From: Hemiscyllium ocellatum
Lineage: Eukaryota
Assembly (NCBI RefSeq): GCF_020745735.1
Contig: NC_083425.1
Span: forward strand, 30,863,575 to 30,927,574
Direction: 5' to 3'
DNA: 64,000 bases
The position numbers and the translations under genes were made by a program. Below the pieces are notes generated by a model. It saw only the letters and a program-made list of their open reading frames with translations. It made no database searches and was not told the DNA's origin. This document shows positions 39,006-50,171 of this stretch, one piece after another (position 1 is the first letter of the stretch; each line of letters begins with the position of its first letter).

Positions 39006-39686
39006 GTTCCACCACACTGCAGTTTATTTGGTATATGTGGACCCATAATGCTGTTAGGGAGGGAGTTTTAGGATTTTGGATAATGACAAAGAAGTAACAG
39101 TGATATGATTCCAAGTCAGAATGGTTAATGGCTTGGAGGGGGACTTGCAAGTGGTGTTGCTCCTATGTGTCTCCCGCCCTTGTCCTTTGAGATGGTAGGG
39201 GTTACAAGTTTACAAGATTGTGTGTTAGGAGCTTTAGTGATTTTCTGCAGTGCATCTTGTGGGTTATACACTGCTGCTCCTGAGCGTTGGTGGTAGAGGG
39301 ACTGAGTATTTGTAGCTATGTTATTAATCAAGTATGCTATTTTGTCTTGGATTGTGTCAATAGTTTTGAATATTGTTAGAACTGCACTCATTCAGGAAAA
39401 TGGGGAGGAGCTGAGTTACTCACTACAGGCTTCCTAGCCTCTAACCTGCTCTTCCAGCCCATTACTTATGTGGCTGGAACTGTTGAGTTTCTAGTCAATG
39501 ATAATTCCTGGCCAACAGTGGGGCTTCAGTGATGGTTATGCCATTGTGTCATGTCAAGGAGTGATGGTTCAATTCTAAGTTGCTTGAGATGGTCACTGCC
39601 TGGTACTTTTCTGGTGTGAATGTTACTTGTCATTGGTCAGTCTAAATCTGGATTTATCCTGATTTTGTTGCCTTGGAATGGCTTCA

Positions 39687-41344
39687 CGCATCACGAAGGA
39701 CTCAAAGCCCTCCGCTTCTTCCTTTCCCGCCGCACCAACCAGTACCCTTCCACTGACACCCTCCTTCGACTGACTGAACTGGTCCTCACCCTGAATAACT
39801 TCTCTTTTCAATCCTCCCACTTCCTCCAAACTAAAGGAGTTGCCATGGGCACCCGCATGGGCCCCAGCTATCTCTTCGTAGGATATGTGGAACAGTCCAT
39901 CTTCCGCAACTACACTGGCACCACCCCCCACCTTTTCCTCCGCTACATCGATGACTGTATCGGCGCTGCCTCGTGCTCCCACGAGGAGGTTGAACAGTTC
40001 ATCAACTTTACTAACACCTTCCATCCCGACCTCAAATTCACCTGGACTGTCTCAGACTCCTCCCTCCCCTTCCTAGACCTTTCCATTTCTATCTCGGGCG
40101 ACAGACTCAACACAGACATCTACTATAAACCGACTGACTCCCACAGCTACCTGGACTACACCTCCTCCCACCCTGCCCCCTGTAAAAACTCCATCCCATA
40201 TTCCCAATTCCTTCGTCTCCGCCACATCTGCTCCCAGGAGGACCAGTTCCAACATCGAACAGCCCAGATGGCCTCCTTCTTCAAGGACTGCAGATTCCCC
40301 CCAGACGTGATCGACGATGCCCTCCACCGCATCTCCTCCACTTCCCGCTCCTCCGCCCTTGAGCCCCGCTCCTCCAACCGCCACCAAGACAGAACCCCAC
40401 TGGTTCTCACCTACCACCCCACCAACCTCCGTATACAACGTATCATCCGCCGTCATTTCCGCCACCTCCAAACGGACCCCACCACCAGGGATATATTTCC
40501 CTCCCCTCCCCTATCAGCATTCTGCAAAGACCACTCCCTTCATGACTCCCTCGTCAGGTCCACACCCCCCACCAACCCAACTCCACTCCTGGCACCTTCC
40601 CCTGCAACCGCAGGAAATGTAAAACTTGCGCCCACACCTCCTCCCTCACTTCCCTCCAAGGCCCCAAGGGATCCTTCCATATCCGCCACAAGTTCACCTG
40701 TACCTCCACACACATCATCTATTGCATCCGCTGCACCCGATGTGGCCTCCTCTATATTGGGGAGACGGGCCGCTTACTTGCGGAACGCTTCAGAGAACAC
40801 CTCTGGGACGCCCGGACCAACCAACCCAACCACCCCCCGGCTCAACACTTTAACTCTCCCTCCCACTCCACCGAGGACATGCAGGTCCTTGGACTCCTCC
40901 ACCGGCAGAACATAACAACACGACGGCTGGAGGAGGAGCGCCTCATCTTCCGCCTGGGAACCCTCCAACCACAAGGAATGAACTCAGATTTCTCCAGTTT
41001 CCTCATTTCCCCTCCCCCCACCTTGTCTCAGTCGGTTCCCTCAACTCAGCACCGCCCTCCTAACCTGCAATCTTCTTCCTGACCTCTCCGCCCCCACCCT
41101 ACTCTGGCCTATCACCCTCACCTTGACCTCCTTCCACCTATCACATCTCCATCGCCCCTCCCCCAAGTCCCTCCTCCCTACCTTTTATCTTAGCCTGCTT
41201 GGCACACTCTCCTCATTCCTGATGAAGGGCTTATGCCCGAAACGTCGCATTTCCTGTTCCTTGGATGCTGCCTAACCTGCTGTGCTTTAACCAGCAACAC
41301 ATTTTCAGCTGTGATCTCCAGCATCTGCAGACCTCATTTTTTAC
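39687..41344 (+). mobile_element. Penelope-like retrotransposon (family A, Neptune-like), 5'-truncated: RT, Cys linker, GIY-YIG endonuclease and terminal repeat with hammerhead
   Basis: ORF 39620..40915 has LTLNNFSF, GVAMGTRMGPSY, RYIDD, LPFLDL, YYKPTD and IPYSQFLRLRHICS. After one frameshift near 40580, the frame from 40591 reads GTFPCNRRKCKTC...HIIYCIRCTRCGLLYIGETGRLLAERFREH...HFN to a stop at 41082. Probable TSD cttca at 39682-39686 and 41345-41349. Confidence 0.96.
41215..41250 (+). ncRNA. Minimal type-I hammerhead ribozyme motif (family A)
   Basis: attc-CTGATGA-a-gggc-ttat-gccc-GAAA-cgtc-gcat: conserved core, stem II, palindromic ACGT stem III, GUC cleavage triplet, and stem I with one mismatch. 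Confidence 0.8.
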
Positions 41345-42282
41345 CTTCAGTAGTTAAGGAATTGTAAATGCTGCTGAACATTGTATAATTATCATTAATC
41401 TTTCCCAGTTCTGAGCTTATTGAGGGAAGATCATTGATGTAGCAGCAGAGGATGATTGGGCTGAGGACACTACCCTGAGGAACTCTTGCAGAGCTGACAT
41501 GGAGCTGAGATGACTGACCTCCAAGAATCACCACCATTTTCCTTTGTGCCAGCTATGACTCCAACCAATCAGCTGAGAGATTTCCCTAATTCCTATTGAC
41601 TTCAGTTTTGACTAGTGTTTCTTGATACCCCCATTTGGTAAAATATGGCCTTGATGTCAAAGGCTGTCATTCTCACCTCACCTTTGGAATTCAGCTCTTT
41701 TGTCCATGTTTAAACCAAGGCTGTAAAGCTGAGTGGCCCTGAGCATCAGTGAGTGCATTATTGCACAGCAATGGTTGCCTGGCAACACTATTCATGACAC
41801 CTTTCACCACTTTACTGATGCTAAGAGTAGATCATTGGGGTGATAATTGGTCAAGTTGAACTTATCCTGCTTTTTAACTTACAGGACACTGTGAGATAAG
41901 TGCTAGTGTTGTAGCTGTACTCGAAGAGCTTGACTCAGGGCACAGCAAGTTCTAGAACACAAGTCTTCAGTACTATTGTAGGAATGTTGGCTGGACCTGG
42001 CAGAAACACAGAGCTGAGATCTGATCAGATGTTTGTGGAATCGTTCAGTACTTTCTGTCAATTGCTAGTTTGTGCTTTTTTGTAAATAGTCCTGTTTCGG
42101 AACCTCACCAGGTTGGTATTTTTTTTAAGCTCCTGGCATTCCTGCCTGCACACTCCAATGACGTAGGGTTCATCATTGGTGTGATGGTGATGATAGAGTG
42201 GTGAATATGCCAGTCTATGAGGTTACAGATTGTGTTTGAATACAATTATGCTGCTGCTGATGGCACACAGGCCCTTATGGAA

Positions 42283-42405
42283 GAAAAACCAAAAGAATTG
42301 CAAATGCTGGAAATGAGAAACAAAAACAGAAATTGCTGGAAAATCTCAGCAGGTCTGTGGAGAGAAATTGGAGTAAATTCTTCAATCCAGTAACCCTTCT
42401 TTAGG
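42283..42405 (-). repeat. Penelope family C terminal repeat, decayed
   Basis: aaaaaccaaaagaattgcaaatgctgg...aattgctggaaaatctcagcaggtctg...aacccttct. Confidence 0.7.
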
Positions 42406-42461
42406 ACTCACTCCTTATGGAAGGCTAGTCTTGAGTTGATCAATCTGTTCAAAGTTCATTT

Positions 42462-42772
42462 AATCATAGAATACCTACGGTGCAGACAAAGGCCATTCAG
42501 TCCATCAAGGCTGCAACCACACTCTGATGAACATACCGCCTGGACCCACACCAACCCCAAAACCCAGCAATTCACACAGCTAATCTACTTAACCTGCACA
42601 TGTTTGGACTGTGGGAGGAAACTGTAGCACCTCCCCACCCACCCCCCATGAAAATTTACACAGACACAGGGAGAACATGCAAACTCCACACAGACAGTCA
42701 CCCAAGGCTGGAATTGAACCCAGGTCCCTGGCACTGTGAGGCAACAGCGTGAACCACTGAGCCACCATGCCA
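42462..42772 (-). mobile_element. HE1 SINE, diverged
   Basis: gcaaactccacacagacagtcaccc...gaaccactgagccaccatgcc. Confidence 0.85.
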
Positions 42773-43159
42773 CACATTTAGCATGGTGTTAGTGCCACGC
42801 AACATGATTATGGATATCTTCAATGTAAATATAGGGCTATATCTCCACAAGCACAGTGCACAGTCACTCCTCCCAATATTGTCACAGACAGATACATTTC
42901 ATCAGGCATATAAGTGATGATGAGATTAAGCATTTTTGCCCTTAGTTGATTCACTGATGACCTGCTGTAGACCTGGTCTGCATCAGATTTGTTCCAGTCT
43001 TGTCTCACTGACCTCATACTATTATATGATTATATTCATGATTTTGTTGTACATTAGTGTTTGTTATCATTATTTAATTTATTCTAATAAAAGCTGCTTC
43101 TTGTTCTGTGCCTCAATTCTATTGCTTGTCTTGGGCACTGAGCTTGCATTGGGGTCCAC

Positions 43160-43860
43160 ATGCTGTTGATAAATCAGGCATAAACTCTGCTTAATAGTTC
43201 ATGGAATCTAATAAATCCCTGCAGTCTGCTCACATTCGTTGGTCATGGCAGCTCTTCTACAAGTCCCACTTTGTCAGAATTTAGTGAAATCCTTTCATCT
43301 TCAAAACGGGGTTGATGGATTTGACTTCAGGCATCTTCAACTCAATCATTTTCCTGTTTAGTTTCAGATTTATCTAGCTGGCAGTCGCATTAGATTCTTA
43401 TCATGGTCTGTAATGGTTTCTTCCATTGTGCCATTGTATCATTGTGTCTTCGCATCCATAGGCTGGCAGATTATCTACGACAGTTCCATTTCATGGAAGA
43501 TCACTAACCATCTCACGTATTCAATGTTAATATTCTCCTAGAGCAGTGGAAATGTCAAATAGCATGCACAAGCATCTGTAGCTCCTGAATGGCATCCAGG
43601 ATATAGTTAGAAAACTGCTGCTCTCATCCAGAGTCACTTGCCAGTAACAATCTTTTACATTGAGGGTATTAATGACCTTTGCCTTGGCAAATTGTGGCAA
43701 TGTTTCTTCAGTGGTTGACATGGACTGCTGAGATATTTTCAATGCTTTACTGAGATCCTTTGGATTTATGTACACTCTCATATTTTCCAGGTTTTTAAAA
43801 TCACTACTAAGGTACAATTGCATTTCTCCAAACACGCAGTACAAGAACCTTCCAGAATAT
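43160..43860 (-). mobile_element. Gypsy LTR retrotransposon RT fragment (a different family), decayed
   Basis: ORF 43527..43874 (RVYINPKDLSKALK...TTEETLPQFAKAKV..TLNVKDCYWQVTLDESSSFLT.SWMPF.SYR.L.M.F.IS.A..EY) follows Gypsy RT domains 2-4. Confidence 0.85.
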
Positions 43861-44281
43861 CGGAGCCTTTCCAATGATCCTCAATTTTAATTGTTCCTTT
43901 ATTGGAGACCATCCTTTCTGTTGCTGAGGACCTAACCTGAAATGCCTCCCTAAACCTTTCCACTTTCATTCCATCTTTAAAATTCTCCCAAAGACATATT
44001 TGTTTGACAAAGCTTTGCTTGCTATCTCTTATCGAGCTCAGTGTCAAACTTTGTTTAAGAGCACTACTCTGAAGCACTTATTAAAGGCATACGTAAGGAA
44101 CAAGTTGTTGCACCTTCACTGTTCACCCTGGAATTGGTGTTAGAATCTTCTCCTTCATTGACTTTGTGTCACTTTTTTGTCTGATTATGCTTATCTAAAT
44201 ACATTTACCTTTAATAACACCTAAGTGTACAAAGGTCAAAATTATATTTCAAAACTAGAATATTATATGAACAATGTTTAA

Positions 44282-44361
44282 AAATATAGGAGTCATTTAT
44301 ACCTTATAAATATAGGAGTCATTTATAGGAGTCAAATATAGCTTACAAATATAGGAGTCAT
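44282..44361. repeat. Irregular tandem repeat, 4 copies of TATAGGAGTCA
   Basis: Copies start at 44285, 44311, 44324 and 44350. Confidence 0.9.
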
Positions 44362-44419
44362 GCTCATATAGACGTAAGTTGTTATTGTCGAGTATAGGCA
44401 CCGTCATATCCTTCTTATT

Positions 44420-45430
44420 TTTATTTATTCCTGAGATGTGAGTACTGCTGGTTAGGACAGCGTTTAATGTCCATCCCTAAATGTCATGCAGAAAAAAGGG
44501 ATCAGTTGCTTTCTTTCACTGCTGCAGTCCTTGGCCAGTATATGAACACTGACAGGTTTGTTAGGAAGGGAGATGCAGGATTTTCATCCAGTGACAGTGA
44601 AGGAATGTTAATATAGTTCAGAATCAGGGGTTTCTAGTCCACATTAAACCAAAGATGTTGATAGATTAGATTCCCTACAGTGTGGAAACAGGCCATTTGG
44701 CCCAACACGTCACCTACCCTCCGAAGAGTAACCCACCCAGAACCATTCCCCTACCCTAGATTTACTCCTGACTAATGCATTTAAAACTATGGGCAATTTA
44801 GCATGGCCAATTCACCTGACCATCTTTGGATTGTGGGAGGAAGCCAGAGCACCCACACAGAGAGAATGTGCAAACTCCACACAGTCACCCGAAGCAGGAA
44901 TTGAACCCAGATACTTGACACTGTGAGGCAGCAGTGCTAACCATTGAGCCACTGTGCCAGCATAGTATGCAATTCAGTCATGGTAATGCCAATGAATGTC
45001 AAAGGGCTATAGATAGATACTTCCTTGTTGGAGATAGTTATTGTCTGGTACTTGTGTGGCATGAAGATAACTTGCCACTTGTTAGCCCAGGCCCGGAAGT
45101 AGGCACCAACTGTTTTAGGGTTTGAGGAGTCACAAATTGTTCTATTGTCAGCAGTAAACATCCCCACTTCTGACTTTACAACGGTAGAAATGACATTGTT
45201 GAAATAGTAGAAGATAGTTTGACCCAGGAACTACATAAAGGAACTCTTGAAGAGATGTCCTGGGGCTGAGATAAATGATCTCTAATAACTGCAACCATCT
45301 TCCTTTGTGCCAGGTATGACTCCAACAAGCTGAGTTTTCCCCATGATTCCCAATGACTCCAGCTTTTCTGGGGCTGCTTGATGTCAAAAGCAGACCCCCT
45401 CACCTCATCTCTGGAGCTCAGCTTGGACTA
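44420..45430 (-). mobile_element. CR1-clade LINE (second family) fragment with a nested HE1 SINE at about 44662-44961 (-)
   Basis: ORFs 44937..45167 (MFTADN.TI..WANKWQV.F.PHK.Q.ITIS) and 45176..45403 (LESYLAQRKMV). SINE tail tagattagattccctacagtgtggaaacagg. Confidence 0.85.
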
Positions 45431-45814
45431 AAACAATAATGAGATCGGGGCCGAGCTATGTGGATCAAGTGCTTTCAATGCAGGGGAGTAATACACACAT
45501 TAGTACAGAAAATACAATCATAAAGAAAGGCAGCAACATATAATATAAACGTTTAATGTACAGAAGTTTAAACTGTGTCTAGATGGTATAATGGATGGGA
45601 TTTTTCACTTCCCACTTTGGAGAGGAAAGACTGGCTGTTGAATTTAATCAGGTGAGAGGCCAAAATCAGACAAACTCTTTCAAGAAAAGCCTCCACAACA
45701 AGGTTCTCCTGCTTTAGGTGTGCCATCTGAATGGCTAGTAGGTTGGTAGGGTGGCAGCTGGATAGAGAAGTGTGCTCCGGTCAGGTTGGTCAAGGGTGTT
45801 GTGGGTGACTTATA

Positions 45815-46425
45815 CAGTCATAGAGAAGTACAGCATGGAAACAGACCCTTCGGTCCAACCTGTCCACGCCGACCAGATATCCCATCCCAATCTAGTCCCA
45901 CCTGCCAGCACCCAGCCCATATCCTTTCAAACCCTTCCCATTCATATACACATCCAAATGCCTCTTAAATGTTGCAATTGTACCAGTCTTCATCACATCC
46001 TCTGGCAGCTCATTCCATACACGTACCACCCTCTGTGTGAAAAAGTTGCCCCTTAGGTCTCTTTTATATTTTTCCCCTCTCTCCCTAAACTTATGCCCTC
46101 TAGTTCTGAACTCCCTGACCCCAGGGAAAAGACTTTGCCTATTTACCCTATCCATGCCCCTCATAATTTTGTAAACCTCCATAAGGTCACCACTCAGTCT
46201 CCAATGCTCCAGGGAAGACAGCTCCATCCTGTTCAGCCTCTCCCTATAGCTCAAATCCTCAACCCTGGTAACATTCTTGTAAATCTTTTCTGAACCCTTT
46301 CAAGTTTCACAACATCTTTCCGATAGAAAGGAGACCAGAATTGCACACAATATTCCAACAGTGGCCTAACCAATGTCGTGTCCAGCCGCAACATGACCTC
46401 CCAACTCCTGCACTCAATGCCCTGA
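45815..46425 (-). mobile_element. CR1/HER1-like LINE 3' end
   Basis: ORF 45892..46254 (SYRERLNR..L.SLE..RL.GDL.EVYKIMRG.DRV..TRGH..GNFFTQRVVRVWNELP..FKRHLD). Confidence 0.95.
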
Positions 46426-46564
46426 CTTGGATGGTGGTGGAGTCAGAGGTCAGAGGTCAGAGGTGAGGGAAAGTCAAAGAATTGGAGTGAGTAGGAATGG
46501 AAGAATCAGAGCAGAGAGTCAGAGGGGTTATATTTTTAGTTGCCTAAGAGTTTAGTGTGAATCT

Positions 46565-46663
46565 GAGTCAAAAGGTGTGGCGTTGGCAAGGCACAGCTTG
46601 TCAGGCAGCATCTGAGGAGCAGGAGAGTCGGTGTTTTGAGCATAAGCTCTTCATCAGGAATGT
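46565..46663 (-). repeat. Penelope family A terminal-repeat insert with decayed hammerhead
   Basis: gtcaggcagcatctgaggagcaggagagtc...cataagctcttcatcaggaat, flanked by a repeat of agtgtgaatctg. Confidence 0.75.
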
Positions 46664-46721
46664 GATGAGCAGTGTGAATCTGTCTCACATTTCCTGTGTA
46701 ACTATCCAGATGAGTAAGAGT

Positions 46722-47085
46722 TAGAAATAATTATAAAATCATGAGCGGCATGGATAGGTAAATAGCCAAGATCTTTTTTCCAGAGTAAGGGAGTCCAAAT
46801 TAGAAGGCATTGGTTTAAGCAAGAAGGGAAAGATTTAAAAGGGACCTAAGGGGCAACATTTTCATGCAGAGGATGGTCCATGTATGGAATGAACTGCCAG
46901 AGGAAATAGTGGAAGCTGGTACAATTACAGCATTTACACATCTGGATGAGTGTATGAATAGGAAAGATTTAAAGGGATATGGGCCAAATTTTGGCAAATA
47001 AGACTAGATTAATTTAAAATATCTGGTCAGCATGGACAAGTTGGACTGAAGAGTCTCTTTGAGTGCTGTACAGCTCTATGAATCA
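46722..47085 (+). mobile_element. CR1 LINE 3' end
   Basis: YKIMSGMDRVNS...RDLRGNIFMQRMVHVWNELP, the same family as 45815-46425 in the opposite orientation. Confidence 0.9.
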
Positions 47086-47689
47086 GTGCATCAGGACTTC
47101 TCAGGGCTCTGAGGTGCATCTTTGGGAGCATATTGATCTCCAACTACCTGGAGTCCAGAGTATGTGGATTCTGGATTTTAATATAAAATGCAGAGTGGAA
47201 CAGAGCATTCATTTACTTCTCTAAGTGTAGATCTGAATTTTGCAACTTATTGTCATTATCAAACTTAGTACATTTTCTGTTTTGTACCTTAGTTTCATTT
47301 GCACTTTAATGATTTGTACACAACTGTGTTATGAATTATGATTTGTTTTATTTGTTATATCACAAATTAATATTTACTACCTATAATCTATCACCTGGAA
47401 GATGTATATTTTGGTGACTGGGATTCCTGGTATAATTATATAAAACTTCACTTACTGGGTCTGGCTCTCAATTGTAAAGTTCTCCTCAGTTTTGTATATA
47501 TATTTGGAATCAATATATTTAGCAATGCACCATTTCTTCTGTTTATCTGTTGAAGTGCATACATTGAAATATTTCAAGTATTAGCTTTTGCACTCCTCCA
47601 CATATTTCTCACAAAAAACATTTTTTTCTGATGAACATCACATAATCCCATTTCTTTGTGTGATTAACAATACATTAATGAAATTATGT

Positions 47690-47935
47690 GGCAGCACAAA
47701 GCTGGGTTCGATTCCATCCTCAGGTGACTGTCTGTGTGGGGTTTGCAAATTTTCCCCGTGTTTGCATGGGTTTCCTCCGAGTGCTCTGGTTTCCTCCCAC
47801 AGTCCAAAAATGTGCAGGTCAGGTGGGAGGCCATGCTATAATGTCCAGGTTTACGCAGGTAGGGTGGGTTAGCCATGAGTAATGCAGGGTTACAGGAATA
47901 AGGTAGGGGGTTGGGGGGTGGTCTGGCTGCTCTTT
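47690..47935 (+). mobile_element. HE1 SINE, diverged
   Basis: gggttcgattcc...gactgtctgtgtggggtttgca...tttcctcccacagtccaaa. Confidence 0.8.
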
Positions 47936-48139
47936 CTAACTCCTGGCTAACTATTAGGCTGATCCACAAACTGATCACTCCCACCCTAACTACACTTTTC
48001 CCAATCCCTTATTGGGAACCCCAAATAACGACTCCCCCTCCCACCCAAACAGATCCCCTCAATTCTAAACAATTCCAACTTCCCATCCCGGGACAACCCT
48101 GGAATTTCCAGTCAGAAATGCAGACTTCAGTACTCACCT

Positions 48140-48545
48140 TGGAAACAAAAGAGTGGAATGACAGTCCAACAACGGTCACCACTCTTTGGTATATTAGGCT
48201 TTAAGTTCTTCTGCAACTACCACTGTGCTGTAGAAATCAACATCTATCAACGTACATCCAGAAAGGTGTCAATGCTTCTCTACCATATTATTGAAAATCA
48301 GGTGGTGTCTCAAAAGATTCCCTCCAAGCCACGTGTCATCCTATTTGGAACAATGTCACTTTTCCTTCGCTGCCATAGAGTCAAAATCCTGGAACTCCCT
48401 CCCTAATTGCACTGTAAGCATGCCTAAATCACATTGACTGCAGTGTTTCAAGAAGGTGGCTCATCACCACTTCTTGAGGGCATTTAGCGATGGTCAATAG
48501 CTGCTGGCCTATCCAGTGACACACACAGCCCATTAATGAATAAAG
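48140..48545 (+). mobile_element. CR1-clade LINE (second family) 3' end
   Basis: aaatcctggaactccctccctaa...ttcaagaaggtggctcatcaccacttct...ctggcct...gaataaa. Confidence 0.75.
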
Positions 48546-49069
48546 AATAAAAAACAATTGCTAAAATTGGTCCAAACATTTGATCCCACAACAGCAGTTT
48601 GCACCTAGGAATACTGGACGAGAAGCTAAAGGCTAAAAAAAAATGTATGGTTTGGGCTCAGTGTGATGTTAAAAATTTAAAGACCTTAAACGTATTCCTG
48701 AAACCCAACTGCTCTTCCAGGTTTTATGGAAGTGTCTCAGGATTATGCAGCCAACTAGCTTCCAAGAGGTAACCTGTTTTGTAGATTTAGCAGTGGTCAG
48801 CAAGGTTTCCCAGGCCTCAGGAAAATTTAAATAAGACAGGGACAGCTTCAAGAAAGTAAGTTTTTCTCACCTTCCCCTCATGTTCATTCCTGTCAGACCC
48901 CAGTCACCCTCCAGCCCTACCAAATAACGTATTTGTTCCATATATTGGGAACAGTCTTCAATGGCAGGATCAAATGGGTGAAGCTTCCCAAATAATGGCA
49001 CAATGCCAAAAATGCTTACCCCAACTCAAAATGAATTTCTTTGGGAGCTTGTTTTTCTCTTGTCACCAC

Positions 49070-49136
49070 TGAAGTAACTTCACAGAGGCCAGTATCCCAT
49101 CCCCAAGTCACCCTTTATTTACACGTGGAGAGTCCA
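49070..49136 (-). mobile_element. Fragment of the Gypsy LTR 3' end
   Basis: tgaagtaacttcacagaggccagtatcccatccccaagtcaccctttatttacacgtg is the reverse complement of the LTR end at about 50260-50325. Confidence 0.75.
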
Positions 49137-50087
49137 AACCTCTGCTTTCTTTGCTGCTCAAATTGTTATTGAGGGCCTAGTAAAGAAACCCAACACTGAC
49201 AATTCAAACTTACCACATTAGTAAAAGTGCTTACAGTATTTGATTTTTTGTTCACAAGCAAGCTGCAGCAGCAAGAGACTTGTACAATTTGTGATTTTAA
49301 ATTTACTTTATCAAACGTATTTTTCTTCCTATCCATGGATCAAATTTTTATAATCTCTTGTTTAAATGAGGAATTTTTTTTGGCATTATTTATAAAGCTG
49401 ATTAGTGGCGACTGAAAGAAACATATGTGTTATTTAGAAGCAGATGGGATGATAGTCATTGAGTTTCATCTGCATAATACAGCAATTGCCATTTTGCAGA
49501 CAATTACTTTTAATGCAAATGACATGAAGCGTATTAATGAAAAGATTTTGACAGTTGCATATAATTCCATGAGCTCAGAAGCATGGGCCTGATGATAGAT
49601 TCCGTTTTTATTTGTTCCTGTGAAGGGTCATGGTGAAAATATTTTGAATATTCTGAACTGATAATATCAAATACACATTTTTAAAAAAATCTTCTTTCGT
49701 TTTTGGATAGTCGCCTAAAAAGGAGTAAATCATTTTAAACCAAAGAGACTGTGCAAAGAAATTACTGCAGTTTTTGAAATCCTGTTTTTACTGAAGAACA
49801 TTCTGAGTTGTGTGCAATGATGCATGTGCCTGCAATAGAGAGAGAAAGAACAGACACCATGGAGCTGAAACATTCTGAATGAATGGACAACCATGTTCTG
49901 ATTGTCTCCTGATCAGGTGTCCATAGTGTGTGGGGGGCCGGTGCAGCAAAGAAACCTCTAGCTTGCAAAGAGAAAACATTAAGAAATCTCTCTGTTGTAG
50001 TAATTGTAACAGGTCAGCCCCCCCAAGGTGGACCTAACAGAATGTGAGTTCCATGATTGGGACTGTTAAATTGGTCCAATCAGGAGC

Positions 50088-50171
50088 TGAAAATGTGTTG
50101 CTGGTTAAAGCACAGCAGGTTAGGCAGCATCTCAGGAATAGGGAATTTGACGTTTCGAGCATAAGCCCTTC
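50088..50171 (-). mobile_element. Penelope family A hammerhead-bearing fragment inserted in the 5' LTR
   Basis: Absent from the 3' LTR and flanked by atcaggagc at 50079-50087 and 50172-50180. Confidence 0.85.

Larger units (their letters stand above)
39020..42280 (-). mobile_element. CR1-clade LINE (second family), decayed, split by the Penelope insertion at 39687-41344
   Basis: ORF 41334..41537 (VPQGSVLSP..C.YINDLPSI) and ORF 39125..39391 (IDTIQDK.A.LI). Confidence 0.85.

Noticed and set aside
39623-40974. Several overlapping antisense and alternate-frame ORFs
   Set aside because: They are shadow frames of the C-rich Penelope coding region.
42787-43140. Possible LTR belonging to the Gypsy RT fragment at 43160-43860
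   Set aside because: It starts with TG and has an AATAAA, but on the strand opposite to the RT, and I found no second copy, TSD or PPT.
44282-44361. CRISPR-like repeat-spacer pattern
   Set aside because: The repeats are 11 bp with short irregular spacers, the context is vertebrate, and there are no cas genes.
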